From assembly GCA_002104945.1 (NCBI GenBank), contig MCFH01000001.1:1736001-1800000 (forward strand): a stretch of DNA of 64,000 nucleotides, written 5' to 3'. The stretch's first letter is position 1. Every line of letters begins with the position of its first letter. The DNA comes from Piromyces finnis finn. Taxonomy: Eukaryota; Fungi; Neocallimastigomycota. This document shows, in pieces, positions 33,389-45,500 of this stretch. The notes below the pieces were generated by a model. That model was not told where the DNA came from and did no database searches. It saw only the letters and a program-made list of their open reading frames with translations. A program made the position numbers and the translations under genes.

Positions 33389-33858
33389 TTATAGTATAAT
33401 GTCCATTCTATTTTTAACATTAAAATACAATTGTTCTATATTATGAAGGGAAAGATAACTTTCTTCATCTAAATCTTCACATAAACAATTTCCTTTTTGA
33501 CTGATATCCATGAAATCATAGCCTGATTCTTCTAACCATAAATGATCATTATATCTTATGCATTTAGATAGATTTAATATATACTGTAGTGGTGACAAAG
33601 AAAATAATTGTTATAATAATTATGATATTAATATAATATGCATTATAAATTAGGTATTTACTTTTTTATTATTATTAATAAATAAAATTAATTATCAAGC
33701 TATTGAATTCTTACTTGAATATCAAATGGAATATTCTTATCTTTCAATTGTTCTTTTATTTGTTTCTCTAGTATATTACATTGAACACGATCATCTACAT
33801 ATCAAGATTTATAAGCATAAGATATTTCCGGATAAATAAAAAGAAAGTATTTTAATAA

Positions 33859-33893
<35 letters not shown>

Positions 33894-36302
33894 TTTTTAT
33901 AATAATAAAATATAATGGAAAAAAAATTTACCCATTCTTATTGATAACATTAAAGCTATGGTTAAGAGCTCAATATCGGTACCTCTTGCTGCATCTTGTA
34001 AACAATTACAACTTAACCAATAAAAATTTAAAGAGTTAAATATTTTACATATTCTTTTATTTACATTAACAAAATCTGTCCATCTATTAATTTTAATGTT
34101 TTATAAAAGTTAATTAATTATATATAATTTAAGTATATTTATATTTATATTCATATTTATATTCATATATTATATATTATGATAATAATTATGATAATAC
34201 CTTTCTTCTTTATAAGCATGAACTGATGCTATACCATATAATACTAAAGAGATATGATCTGGCATTATACGACTATGAAAACTAGCAACTTCATTTAGTA
34301 ATAGATAAAAGGCTGATTCTGATGATTTTGTAAGGATAGCTACGGGATTACATTTTCTTAGTATAATATTACAATTCTCTTTGAATTTATTGTATGCCAT
34401 TGTGGTTGTAGTTAATAACTAAATGTGTAAAAAAAAAAAAAAAAAGAAAAAAAAAATAATTCCATTATTATTTTTTAATTTTTATTATAATTAATTAATT
34501 AAAAGGTTTTTATTTCACACGCTTAATCATTAATATATTTAATAGGTTTTAATAGCATATTAGTTATATCAAAATATTACTGCTTAAAATTACTACTCAC
34601 ATCAGAAAATTCTTGAACTGAATCAATACATAAACCGTATTTTTCTTTTAATGCCATCAAATATAATGTTGTTGCTTCCAGGGCTGTATTTTCTTCGTCT
34701 TCGTCAAATTCTTCATTATTAGACCATGTTTTATACGATAAACCATAATTTTCTCCTATTAATCGAGCCAATGCTACACAAGCTAAGTAGATGGTCTGAG
34801 AAATTTGTGCAGATGTTAATTCAGGCATTTTTTTATTTTGGGCTGAAGATGTATTTGCTGTTCCTGAATTAGAATGTGTTGATTTTTTAGGTTGACGATT
34901 TTCATGTTGTAATAAAATTATTAACAATTGATGTAATGTATTTGCTGTTTCTTGTGCTAATTTACAATTCCAAAATACTTCATAAAAATATAAAATTTAA
35001 TAACTATTTTTTTAAAGTTGAATTATATTTTATATATTTTGTACCTGTTGCTGCATTCCAGTATACATTAGCAGCAATTGAAGGATGCGTTTTTCTAACT
35101 TTTTCTGCCTGTTTTAATTTCTTATATGCCTCTTTAGTAATTTAAATGAATTATTTTATTTAGAAATTATTAAAGATTATATATCAAATAAATTTAAATA
35201 AATTTAATTGAATAATATATTTTCAAAACGTTGATATTTTATCATGATAAAATCATTATTATTGTTTTTTATAACATTATTATTATTAATATATATATAT
35301 ATATTTTTTTCTTTTTATTTATTTATCAATACCTAAAGCTGCTGCATTTTGGGTAGTTGATATTGAGAGATTTTCAGATTTTTTTTTTCTGAGATTTTTT
35401 TTATTATTTTGATTCTTTTTCTTTTCTTTTTCAACCGTTGCCTTATGTTTTTGTGTTTTTAAATGATTATTATAAGTAGCTTCAGTTGCAAATGATTTTC
35501 TACATAAAGTACATTGGAATTGTTTGTTAAGTGAATCTACTGAAGAATTATTTGAAATGGAAGAAAGTGACGATTTTGTTGATGAAGTCAGAGTATTTGT
35601 TGATTCATTTAATGACAGATTCGATAAAGAAACATTTGATTTTCTTATTGGTGACAGGCTATTTAATGAATTGCATAAAATTTTATCACTTACTGATTTA
35701 GAAAAATTAGGTTTAAATAATTCATATCTATTCTCTAATTGATAATAAGGTTCGAGTCTTGTTGGCTGGCCAAAGACTGTGTTTTTAAAAATTAAGAATA
35801 AAAAATATATAAAAATATATAAATATTAATTATATAAATGAATATATATAATATATAATAATTTAATTTATTATTATTAGTATAGAAAAATGAATAAATT
35901 GATGAATATATTTTTTATGAATTTGAAATTTAAAATGGAGATTTCAATTTTAAATTTTAAAATGTAAAATGAATTTCTAATTATTTAAATTTATAAACAT
36001 TGAAATCTACATAATATTGAATAATGAAAAAAAGGTTTATTAAAACATAGAAAATAAAATAATTATATATAAAATCCAGTTCTCAATTGACAGGATAAGA
36101 GAACAATACTCCATATATTTTATTTATTTTATTTTATTTTATTTTATTTTTAATATTTTTTAAATTAATTGTCAAATAAATATTAAAACTAAAAAAAAAA
36201 AAAAAAAGAAATTTTACTATTCATTTCTTTAAATTTCTCTTGAGTAATAGAATATGGTATAAATTGATATATTGAGGGGTCTGGCAAAAAATCTAATTCC
36301 AT
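33389..36302 (-). CDS. Hypothetical multi-exon protein with one C2H2 (U1/JAZ-like) zinc finger and a helical C-terminal region
   Basis: Proposed exon 1 36302-36218 (MELDFLPDPSIYQF...) splices in phase 1 to exon 35776-35333, which encodes QFQCTLCRKSFATEATYNNHLKTQKH. Further phase-consistent GT-AG exons lie at about 35130-35045, 34970-34590, 34410-34180, 34085-33930, 33795-33715 and 33585-33389. Exon 1 and some internal boundaries are approximate. Confidence 0.72.
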
Positions 36303-37413
36303 CTTGTAATTATTCGAAATATATATAAATGTAAATTCAAATTATATAAATTATAAAGTAAAAAAAATTTTTTTAAAAAAAAATTTTTTTTGTTAAATTA
36401 TCTTCAAATAAATTTTTCATTTTACCTTTTTTTTTTTTTAATGGAAAAATATTATTACTGTAAAAAGGCAAATAATATGATAAAATAATATGATGGATTA
36501 TATAATAATTTTAAAGTCAACCTGATAAAAATATTATTCATCAACACTAAAATTTGAGTAGTAGCTTTATAAAATCAATAATAAAAAAAATAAAAATTTT
36601 GAAATGTATAAATATCTATAGGTTTATATTATTTCTTGAATTTATTCCTTTAATATGTTTAAATAAACACAAATGATTAAAAATTGAATATTAAGTATTC
36701 TAATAATTTTAATTAAAGAAAGCAACTATTATACTAAAATATAATAATTGTATTTAACTTCCAATGGGACTACCTTTGTTAGTTGGACTAATTTGAATAC
36801 ACCATATTTTGGACTATGACACCGAGTCAAAGATCAAAATTTTGGCATAAAACAAAATTATGATCTCCATTAATACATTGCACCTCATGACCTGTCTTAC
36901 TGTTTCTTCAGCATTGACCCTCTTGATTGCTTCTTTAAACCTTTTGAATATTGATCATTAATCATTGTTGAAATAAATAAAATATTATTTAATAAACGTA
37001 CAATTATAATTTTTTTTTTTGAAGTAAAAAAGATTTCATCTTTTTAGAAACCTTTCCTTTTAACTTAAATAAACATAATTGTCCAAACTTAAAAATGATA
37101 CTTATCAAATGTAAATACTTCAATTTATTACTTTTTATTATTATATACATACTTTATAAAACTACTTTATTAAAAAATTCCTCTTTTAACAATATTTAAC
37201 CCTTTTGACTAATACAAAAGCAATTTATTAATACTTACTTCCATTAATTAAAAACAATAACTACCGTTTAAAACTTTCTATTCAATCTTTTCTATAAAAA
37301 CACCAACCATTCCATTTATTACTTATAAATAAATAATATAAATTTCAATATTTTTTGCTAATTTATGTCTTTTTATTAAACATGATATAACCGTAATGAT
37401 ATTACAATTTAAT

Positions 37414-38457
37414 TTAAATATCGGTCTTAATTTCTGGTTCCTTGAAAGCACGGTCGACCTTAGAACCGACATCATCACTACCACCGTGAAGTTCCATAAG
37501 CTTACCAACATCGTATTTTGGGTGCTTAAGGATCTTGACCTTACGGAGAAGGACATTGTTTAATGGGTAGATGTTTTGAGTAGCCTTTTCGATTCTCTTA
37601 CCAATGATTTCTGGAGCGAACTTGCTGACGAAGTCCTTCATGTCACAGGTAGTAGCTTCAGCAGTGACGATTTCGAACATCTTCTTTCTGATTTGCTTAA
37701 TTTGAGCAGTTTGAGCGTAAGTAGTCTTACGGAGTTGGTTCTTTCTTCTTTGAGTGAAACCAATGATGAAGCAACGGAGGAGGTAACCATCAGTAGTCTT
37801 AACATCAATGTAGGCTTCAACAAGAGATTGCCACTTCTTGACAAGAGATCTAAGCTTATCAGAAGTAATACCTAAACCGTGGAAGTTGGTGAGACAGTTC
37901 TTACCTTGAATTTCATCAACTCTAAGCTTAACCTTACGGAAAGCATCTTCTTGGTTTTCATTAAGATCAGCTAAAGAAACTTCAACAACACTACCCTTAA
38001 GATAGTCAGAAGAGTTTTCTTTATTAATTTAAATAAATATAAAACTTAGTTTAAAATTCATTCACTTTTTGAATTTTTTTAAACTTTGTTATTGATAACT
38101 TACTTAAACCTTGAGTACGGTTAACAAGAGTTTTACCGATATCTCTTTTTGAGAAAATAGCTGGGGCTTTGAGATCATACCAATCCTTTCTGGTGAATGG
38201 GTCAATACTATATATTACATAATATTATTTAATTATATATTATTAATACATTTATTTTTAAATTTATTTAATTTTCTTATACACTCAAAAATATATAACA
38301 TACATCTTCTTCTTAAGACCCTTCTTTCCCTTGGAGAGACGCCTATTATTATATAAAAAATTTTATATACATCCATCATTAATAAATACATTTTTATAAA
38401 AAAAACTTTTATAATAATTAATTCATTCATCACACACTTATTTTTTCCTACGGCCAT
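37414..38457 (-). CDS. RPS3A: 40S ribosomal protein eS1 (S3a / yeast S1)
   Basis: Exons 38457-38438, 38342-38304, 38207-38104 and 38018-37414 give [35 protein letters not shown]...[12 protein letters not shown]...EVSLADLN...[27 protein letters not shown]...[20 protein letters not shown]. This is unmistakable eS1. Confidence 0.98.
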
Positions 38458-38809
38458 CTTAACAATATAATTAGCTATTAAAGAGCTGTAAAAGGAGAGA
38501 ATTAAAATGTTACCACTCTTCAAAATTCTTTTGTTCAATCGGTTTGAGACTGATTGATTGGATAATAACCAAACCAATAAATTTAAAATATTTTTGTAGT
38601 ACATTTTTCAATACGTACAAAATGTTTAATACGTTAAATATATAACCATTCCCAAAGGTTAGGGAATATAAAATTATTATTATTCTATATATTTAACATA
38701 TTATGCTAGTTTTTAAATTAATGTAATTAATGTTATAAATAATAAAAAATTTAACCTTGCTTTTAGTATTTAATTTTATAATTTTAGAAAAAGAGTAAAA
38801 TATTTTAAA

Positions 38810-41249
38810 ATGGATAATGGAAAAGAGGGACCTTTAATAAGTATGTCGTTACTAAATAATCTTATTTTTCTAAAATAAAAATATAACAATAATAATATTA
38901 ATATTATGTATAATTAAGAATTATTTAATTTTGCTTGTCATGAAGCGAAGTCCGAATTTAAACAATTAATCTTTTTTGAACAAATTCAAAGATTTCAAAT
39001 AGAAAAGAAAAGTAGAGGTGAAGATGAATTAAAAGAGAAAGGTATATATATAAATATTTTTTAAGGTTATTATTTTTGTATATTTTTATATATTTTAATT
39101 TATATATTTAATTGATATATAAATCATTGTAAATATCAATTAATTCATTATTTTTTATTATTATTTTATCGAATTGAATCAAAATATTTATTAAATATGA
39201 AATAGAAAAATTTCTTCAAGATTATTTTAAAAATATGAAGAGTGAATATGAAACTAGTCAAAAGCAAAAAGATATAATAGTAGGTGAATTAAATTCATAT
39301 ATAAGAAACATTGTAAAAGAGGAACTAAATAAAAATCAGAATGGTATAGATAATCATATAAAACTAGAAAAAAAATTACAAGAAAATTTAAATACAACAA
39401 ATGAAAATAATCATGATAGATTAAATTACATGGAAATCGAAAAAATAATTTCGGAATTAAAAAATAATCAACAGAAATTAATTAATTATGTTGCTGCGCT
39501 TTTTAATTTAAAAGATGAAATATACATTGATTTTAAAAGAATTAAAGATGTTTTATTAAATTTTCAAAATAGAATTCGTGAATTAGAAAGTAAAAAAAAT
39601 ACAAAAGCAGAGGATTCAATAAAATTCGGAACAATGGATTCTGAAACTTCAAATGATATGAGTATAGATATACCTAATCCAATAAATAAGAATAGTAATA
39701 ATGAAGTTTCAGAAAAAATAAAAGAATCTATTCAAAATGTAAGTAATCGACTTCAAGCTATTGAAAATATGAATTTATCAGATAAAATTAATCAATTAAG
39801 GGAAGATGATAAAAAAAAAAGTAAAAAAAGTAATAAACAATTAGAAGAGAAAATTTATGAAAAAATTAGACAGAAACAAAAGGAAATCTCTGAAGGATTT
39901 CAAAATCAAGATAAGAAAATTTTAAATATTGATGAGAATTACAAACGCAAATTTATGGATTTAGAAAATAAATGTATTAAGTGTAATGAACAATGGGAAT
40001 TAATAAATAACCAGATTAATGAGTTAACAGAAAAAGTAGCAGAAGCAAAACGTTCAAGTTCTTCCGAAGAAATTAAAAAATTAACAGAAGAAGTAAAAAA
40101 GAATAAAAAAAAAGAAGATGAAAGAATAACTAATGTAACAAATATATTAAATGAAAAAATCAATAAAGTTGATACGTTAGCTGAATTTAATAATAATGAA
40201 AACATTGAAATTAAAAAAAATTATCAAAAATTTGAATCAGATATTAAAACTATTCAAGATAAATATAATGAAATAGAACATAATATAAAAAGTTTCAGTG
40301 TTGTTGCAAATGATATAAATGACAAATATAAAGAATTATTATCTCAAAATGAAAGTACTACAATGAATCTGTCAATTCTTGATAGCACAGTTAATTCTCT
40401 AACGAATAATATTAAGAATTATGATTTAGAAAAGATGAAAAATAATATTAATGTGGCTAAATCAGATGTTAGGTCATTACTTAGTGAACATTTCCCAAAA
40501 TATAAAATAGTTTTTGACACAAAATTTGAGGAAGCAGATAAAAAGCTTGATAAAAAAATAGGTGAAGTCTATAAATCTGTAAATAAAAATAGTCAAAGAA
40601 TAGATATATTAAATAAAAAAGTAGATGATAGAGAAGATAGTAATAAAAAATGTATGCAAAATCTCAAAGAAGGTCAAATTAGTCAAATGGATTATATTGG
40701 TGTATTTAGAGATAGATTTAATAAATATATCAATTCACCTAATAATAACAATTATGTTGATGATGAGATAATAAAATTGAAAAATTATATATCTTCAGAA
40801 ATAGAATCCATAAGAAAAGAGAATGAAGCAAACTTAGCAGGTAATAAATAGAATTATACTTATGAAAATATTTAATATATATACAAATTATAATAAGAAC
40901 AACAACAATAATAGTATTTAATAATATTAATAATAATATTAATAATAATATTAATAATAATATCAATAATAATATCAATAATAATATTAATAATAATATT
41001 ATTATAATAGTAAAAGAAGCAACTGCCAGTCTTAATCAATATATTGATAACGAAATAACTAAATTAAAAAGTTTAATTTTATCATCAACATCTTTACCAA
41101 TTTCTTTAAATGATCCAAACTACATTACATTACAAACATTTTTAACTAATGTATTAAATATACATTGGAGCAAATTTGAAGCAAATTGGAAAAAAGAATT
41201 TTATCAGTGTGTAGAAAAAATTAATTCAATTAAAGAAAAAGAAAAATAA
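38810..41249 (+). CDS. Hypothetical long coiled-coil protein
   Basis: Phase-consistent exons at about 38810-38840, 38919-39041, 39206-40841 and 41011-41249. The K/E/N/I-rich heptad-like composition covers more than 500 aa. No family recognised. Head-to-head with RPS3A. Confidence 0.75.
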
Positions 41250-41590
41250 TATTTTTACATTATAGATACCAAAATTTTATTTTATGAATATATCTTATTT
41301 CAATTTATTTTAAAATTTAATATATTTCATTAAAAAAATTAAAATAATGTATTATAATTATTTATGTATTATTTTATTTAAAAATAATATTATAATGATA
41401 GTATTATTTTTTATACCTTTATTTTATACTTGTTTTAAAATAAATAATAAATAATATTTAATTTTTAAATATTTTTAATTTTATTTTTTTAATTATTTTT
41501 GAAATTTATATAAATATTTAATTTTAAATAAATATTTATTGGTTATTTAATGAATATAATCCAAATCTTTCTATACATTTAAATTATTTC

Positions 41591-43154
41591 TTAATATAAT
41601 GAGTAACCAAAAACAACTTTTCCTAAAGCAATAACCAATTCTTCATAAGTATATGGTTTATTTTCAGAAAACATATTTTTTGATATTAATATATCCGAGA
41701 ACTGTTTTTTTATGTCCTTTAGATAATTAAAAAAAAAAAAGAAAAAAAAAAAATATATATATCTTAATAATTATTAAATATAAATATATTTCCCATTTAT
41801 ATTATTAAATCACATGTACCTGACATTCGTATAATTTTATGCGAGTAATTTTTTCTGATTGATTATTTTCAACATTTTCTGATTTTTGATTAATTGAGGA
41901 ATTAGTGAGATGAATAATTTGATGATCTAATATTATTTTAGAATCAGTATTATCATTACTTAATAAGATAGCTTTATGATTATCAATATCTGATGTACTA
42001 GAATTCATAAAAACGTCAGATTCTTTTTCAATCGCAAAACTTTTTTCTATATCTTTGTTAAATTCATTGAATGAATCATTGATTTTTTCAAAACTATAAT
42101 TTGAAGTATCAATATCAACATTTATATTAAGAGACTCATCATTTAATATATTATTATTACTTTCATCTATTTTATTTTCATGATTTTTATTATATTTATC
42201 ATACTGTGTTTCTTTATTTTTATCTTTTTTTGTATTATAAATAGTAATTGTATCTTGGTCAGATTCAATTATACTGGCTTCATTTTCTAATATAGGTTCA
42301 ATATCAATTGCAATTGCAGGTACTAAATCATTTTCTTTTTCTGTTTTGAAATTTTTATCATTAATATTATTAGGATTTGTATATGTTTCTGAAGTTTCTT
42401 CAATAATAAATAAATATCCAGGTGGGTATATTTTGTCCGAAGTCATTAATTTTTTACATTTTCCATAAATTTCTGTAAACCATTTGTCATCATTTTGTTT
42501 TTTAGTATCAGAACGTTTACCTAATGTATTGAAAGAACGCGTTAAAACTTCGTTAATCCATTCATAATTTTCTTCTTCCTCTTCCTCTTGTTTATTCATT
42601 GCTCTTGATATTATACCACCAATAAATGATTTACGTTTTTTTGGTATTTCGTTATTTAAATATGAAAATATCATTTTACAACATTGTTTTTGGTCTTTCA
42701 TAAATCCATGTGAGAAATAAGGTATAATATCATTATGATTAATAATATTTGTAATTAATGGTTTACAATGAAGTGATAACTCATACGACATGCATGAAGG
42801 TGCACCATATACATAAGCATGAATAGGCCTTTTTGGAGGAATACCTGATGTATTATTAGTACGATTTGGTTCTTCAGGATCAGACCATAAAAGAGCTAGC
42901 AATGCGGCAACAGCTCCCCCATAACTATGACCACAAAGAATTAATCTATAAGTTGAATGTACTTCTAATGCTTTTGATATGACTGTTCGTGGAATTGAAG
43001 ATGATTTTGTAAAGTTTTTAGCTGATTCATATATACTTTTATGTACAGAATATATTTTTCCATTCCAATGTAAATTATCATAATCGCAATTAAGATTAGA
43101 TAATAAATCAGATATTCCAATAGTACCACAAATAGTTAAAACAACTGTTATATG

Positions 43155-43224
<70 letters not shown>

Positions 43225-45362
43225 GATAATAAATTTAGTAATTTTTCAAATATATGATAATTACTATTATATATATTATCAAAATACCTGAATTAGTTAA
43301 ATGATCAACTGCAATGATATAATCAAGCTTAGGTGCATCAGAAGATGGTCCATCTTTAGCACTTGAATAATGATAGGAAGATGATAAAATACATTTTAAT
43401 GGGATTTTTGTATGTAATGAAAATGAATAATCATTTGGGTGTAATCTACGAATTAATTTTTCATCTTCTTTATTTGTATTTGTATTATATATAATTTTTG
43501 TATTATATTTCCCGTATGCACCACAAGCAAATTTTACAAAACTATTATAATTGAATCATGTATATATATAAACAGGTGATAATAACAAATAGATAAATAG
43601 ATATTAATAAGCAACTTAATAAAAAGGAATGAATCAATATTTATATATACTAACTAAACAAGGTCTTTTAATCTATTCTTTTGTTCCTGTTCTGAATTCA
43701 TATTTTCTATTAATTCATCAGACTGAGATTTACAAAGTTGATATATATATGAACTTTTACTATATTCAAAACTATTAAACATTTCTTTAATGGACTCATT
43801 TTCATATAAACTTTGTTCTAAAATCTCTTCTAGATCATTAACATATTGTTTATTATCCTTTATATTTAAATAACATGATTTATCCTTTGATAAACTATCC
43901 TTTACAATATCAATAACTTCATTGTTTTTACCATTTTTATTTTTATCTAATGATAAAAGATAATCTGGAAATGAATAATTTTTCATAAAACTAATTTTAA
44001 CTGGTTTTAATTCTTCATTCTTTTTTTCATTATCATTCAGCATCTTTTCACTTATTTCTTCCTTTTTTTTATTCTCTTTGTCTGATTCTATTTTTTTCTT
44101 TTCCGAGGCTTTGTATTCAGGTATAACCTCATCTTCAAGATATTGCATCAAAGCTTCATTCTCCTCTTCTTGAATTAATGTTTCAGTATAACCCTTTTCA
44201 ATTTCAATTAAGCCATCATATAGAAGTTTTTTTTTTCTTTGTTCTTCAATTATATTCCTCATAACTATTAATATACTTGCATATATTGTGAATGCTTTTA
44301 TAAATTTTATTAATCCTGAAAATTTTGATATAACGTTAGTTTGTTTTTCAAAAAAGTCTGAAATATCCTCATAGAATAATGATATAAATGTAGTAATGTC
44401 ATGTGAAACATCTGTATCACCAAAAACTTTGTCTATAAAAGAGAAAAACTGTTCCACCCACTTTTTTAAATGAATTTGTATAAAATATATTTATATAAAT
44501 ATAAAATCAAATTATAACAACTATTTTAATAATATAAGTAAAAATTAAATGTACTCACTGAAAGAGAAAATAATAAAGATTTTTCTGTTAAATGAAAAGT
44601 AGCATATGTTATCATTTCTGCACAAGAAAATAAATAATTTACAGATTTGATTCCAAGATTTGTATAGTTACTTACTGCTTTATAAAACTTTTCATTTTCT
44701 TTACTACTATTTTGAAAATAATTGATATATTATTCATAATAATATTTTGATATTATATTAATAAATAAAATATATAAGTTTTTTATAACATATTATTAAA
44801 ATATATTTAAACAATTATTTTAATTAATTGTTAAACGTTGTATACTTTACTTTGGTTCTGAGGTTATTTTTGATTTTTGCATGTTTTCAGCTGTAGAAAA
44901 AGCTCTCACTAATGCGTTTCGACTGACACCCATAGAAGCACTAGCACCGGATTTTGCTAGTGAACATGTTGTAATTATTAATTGTGATATTGTATTTATA
45001 ATAAATATTGATGCATGAGATACATTTGATACTTTTGAAGCTATTTTTTCTGGTAAAAGATACTGATAAGAATTTTGAGAACTCCACAAAAAATCAGTTG
45101 AAGGCAAAAGAAATTGTAACGGTAAATAATCTTGAATAGTTTGTGTTTGTTCAGAAAATAAATGAAGTGAAAATGGAAATTTATCAGTTGATAAAAAGCT
45201 TCTATCTAAAAATGTACTCAAATCTTTTCTATCATTTTCATTTTCATTGTTTTCATTATTTTCGTTGATGTTATTATCTTCATTTTCTTTTTCTTTTCCC
45301 TTTTCCTCATTATTACTCATAGTTTCTGTTGAAAATATCGAACTCCTTTTTCTAAAAATCAT
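41591..45362 (-). CDS. Class-3 lipase / diacylglycerol-lipase-like protein (possibly catalytically impaired)
   Basis: Exons 45362-44851, 44706-44559, 44460-43655, 43541-43288, 43144-41820 and 41716-41591 are phase-consistent GT-AG. Motifs: YFVKFACGAYG, YIIAVDH...VVLTICGT, nucleophile elbow LILCGHSYGGAVAALLA, AYVYGAP, HNDIIP, IYPPG, and C-terminal FSDILISKNMFSENKPY. Confidence 0.88.
43163..43221. repeat. (AAT)n microsatellite inside a lipase intron
   Basis: About 19 AAT units between lipase exons 4 and 5. Confidence 0.9.
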
Positions 45363-45469
45363 TTTAATAATTTTTTTTTTTTCTTAATTTTAATTTAAAA
45401 TATAATAATTTAATTACTATTTATTTAGTAAAAAAAAAAAAAAAAAAAAAAAGCCATAATATTTAGGGC

Positions 45470-45500
<31 letters not shown>

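Noticed and set aside
35749-35758. GGTTCGAGTC resembling a tRNA T-loop/B-box
   Set aside because: It lies within a coding exon of the minus-strand zinc-finger gene, with no cloverleaf or A-box around it.
38427-38433. Box C-like GTGATGA at the start of RPS3A intron 1 (vertebrate RPS3A introns host U73 snoRNA)
   Set aside because: It abuts the splice donor, and no box D (CTGA) or terminal stem is present in the 95-nt intron.
38233-38604. 123-aa minus-strand ORF containing MAVGKNK
   Set aside because: Chance read-through across the RPS3A promoter, exon 1, intron 1 and part of exon 2. The real gene is spliced.
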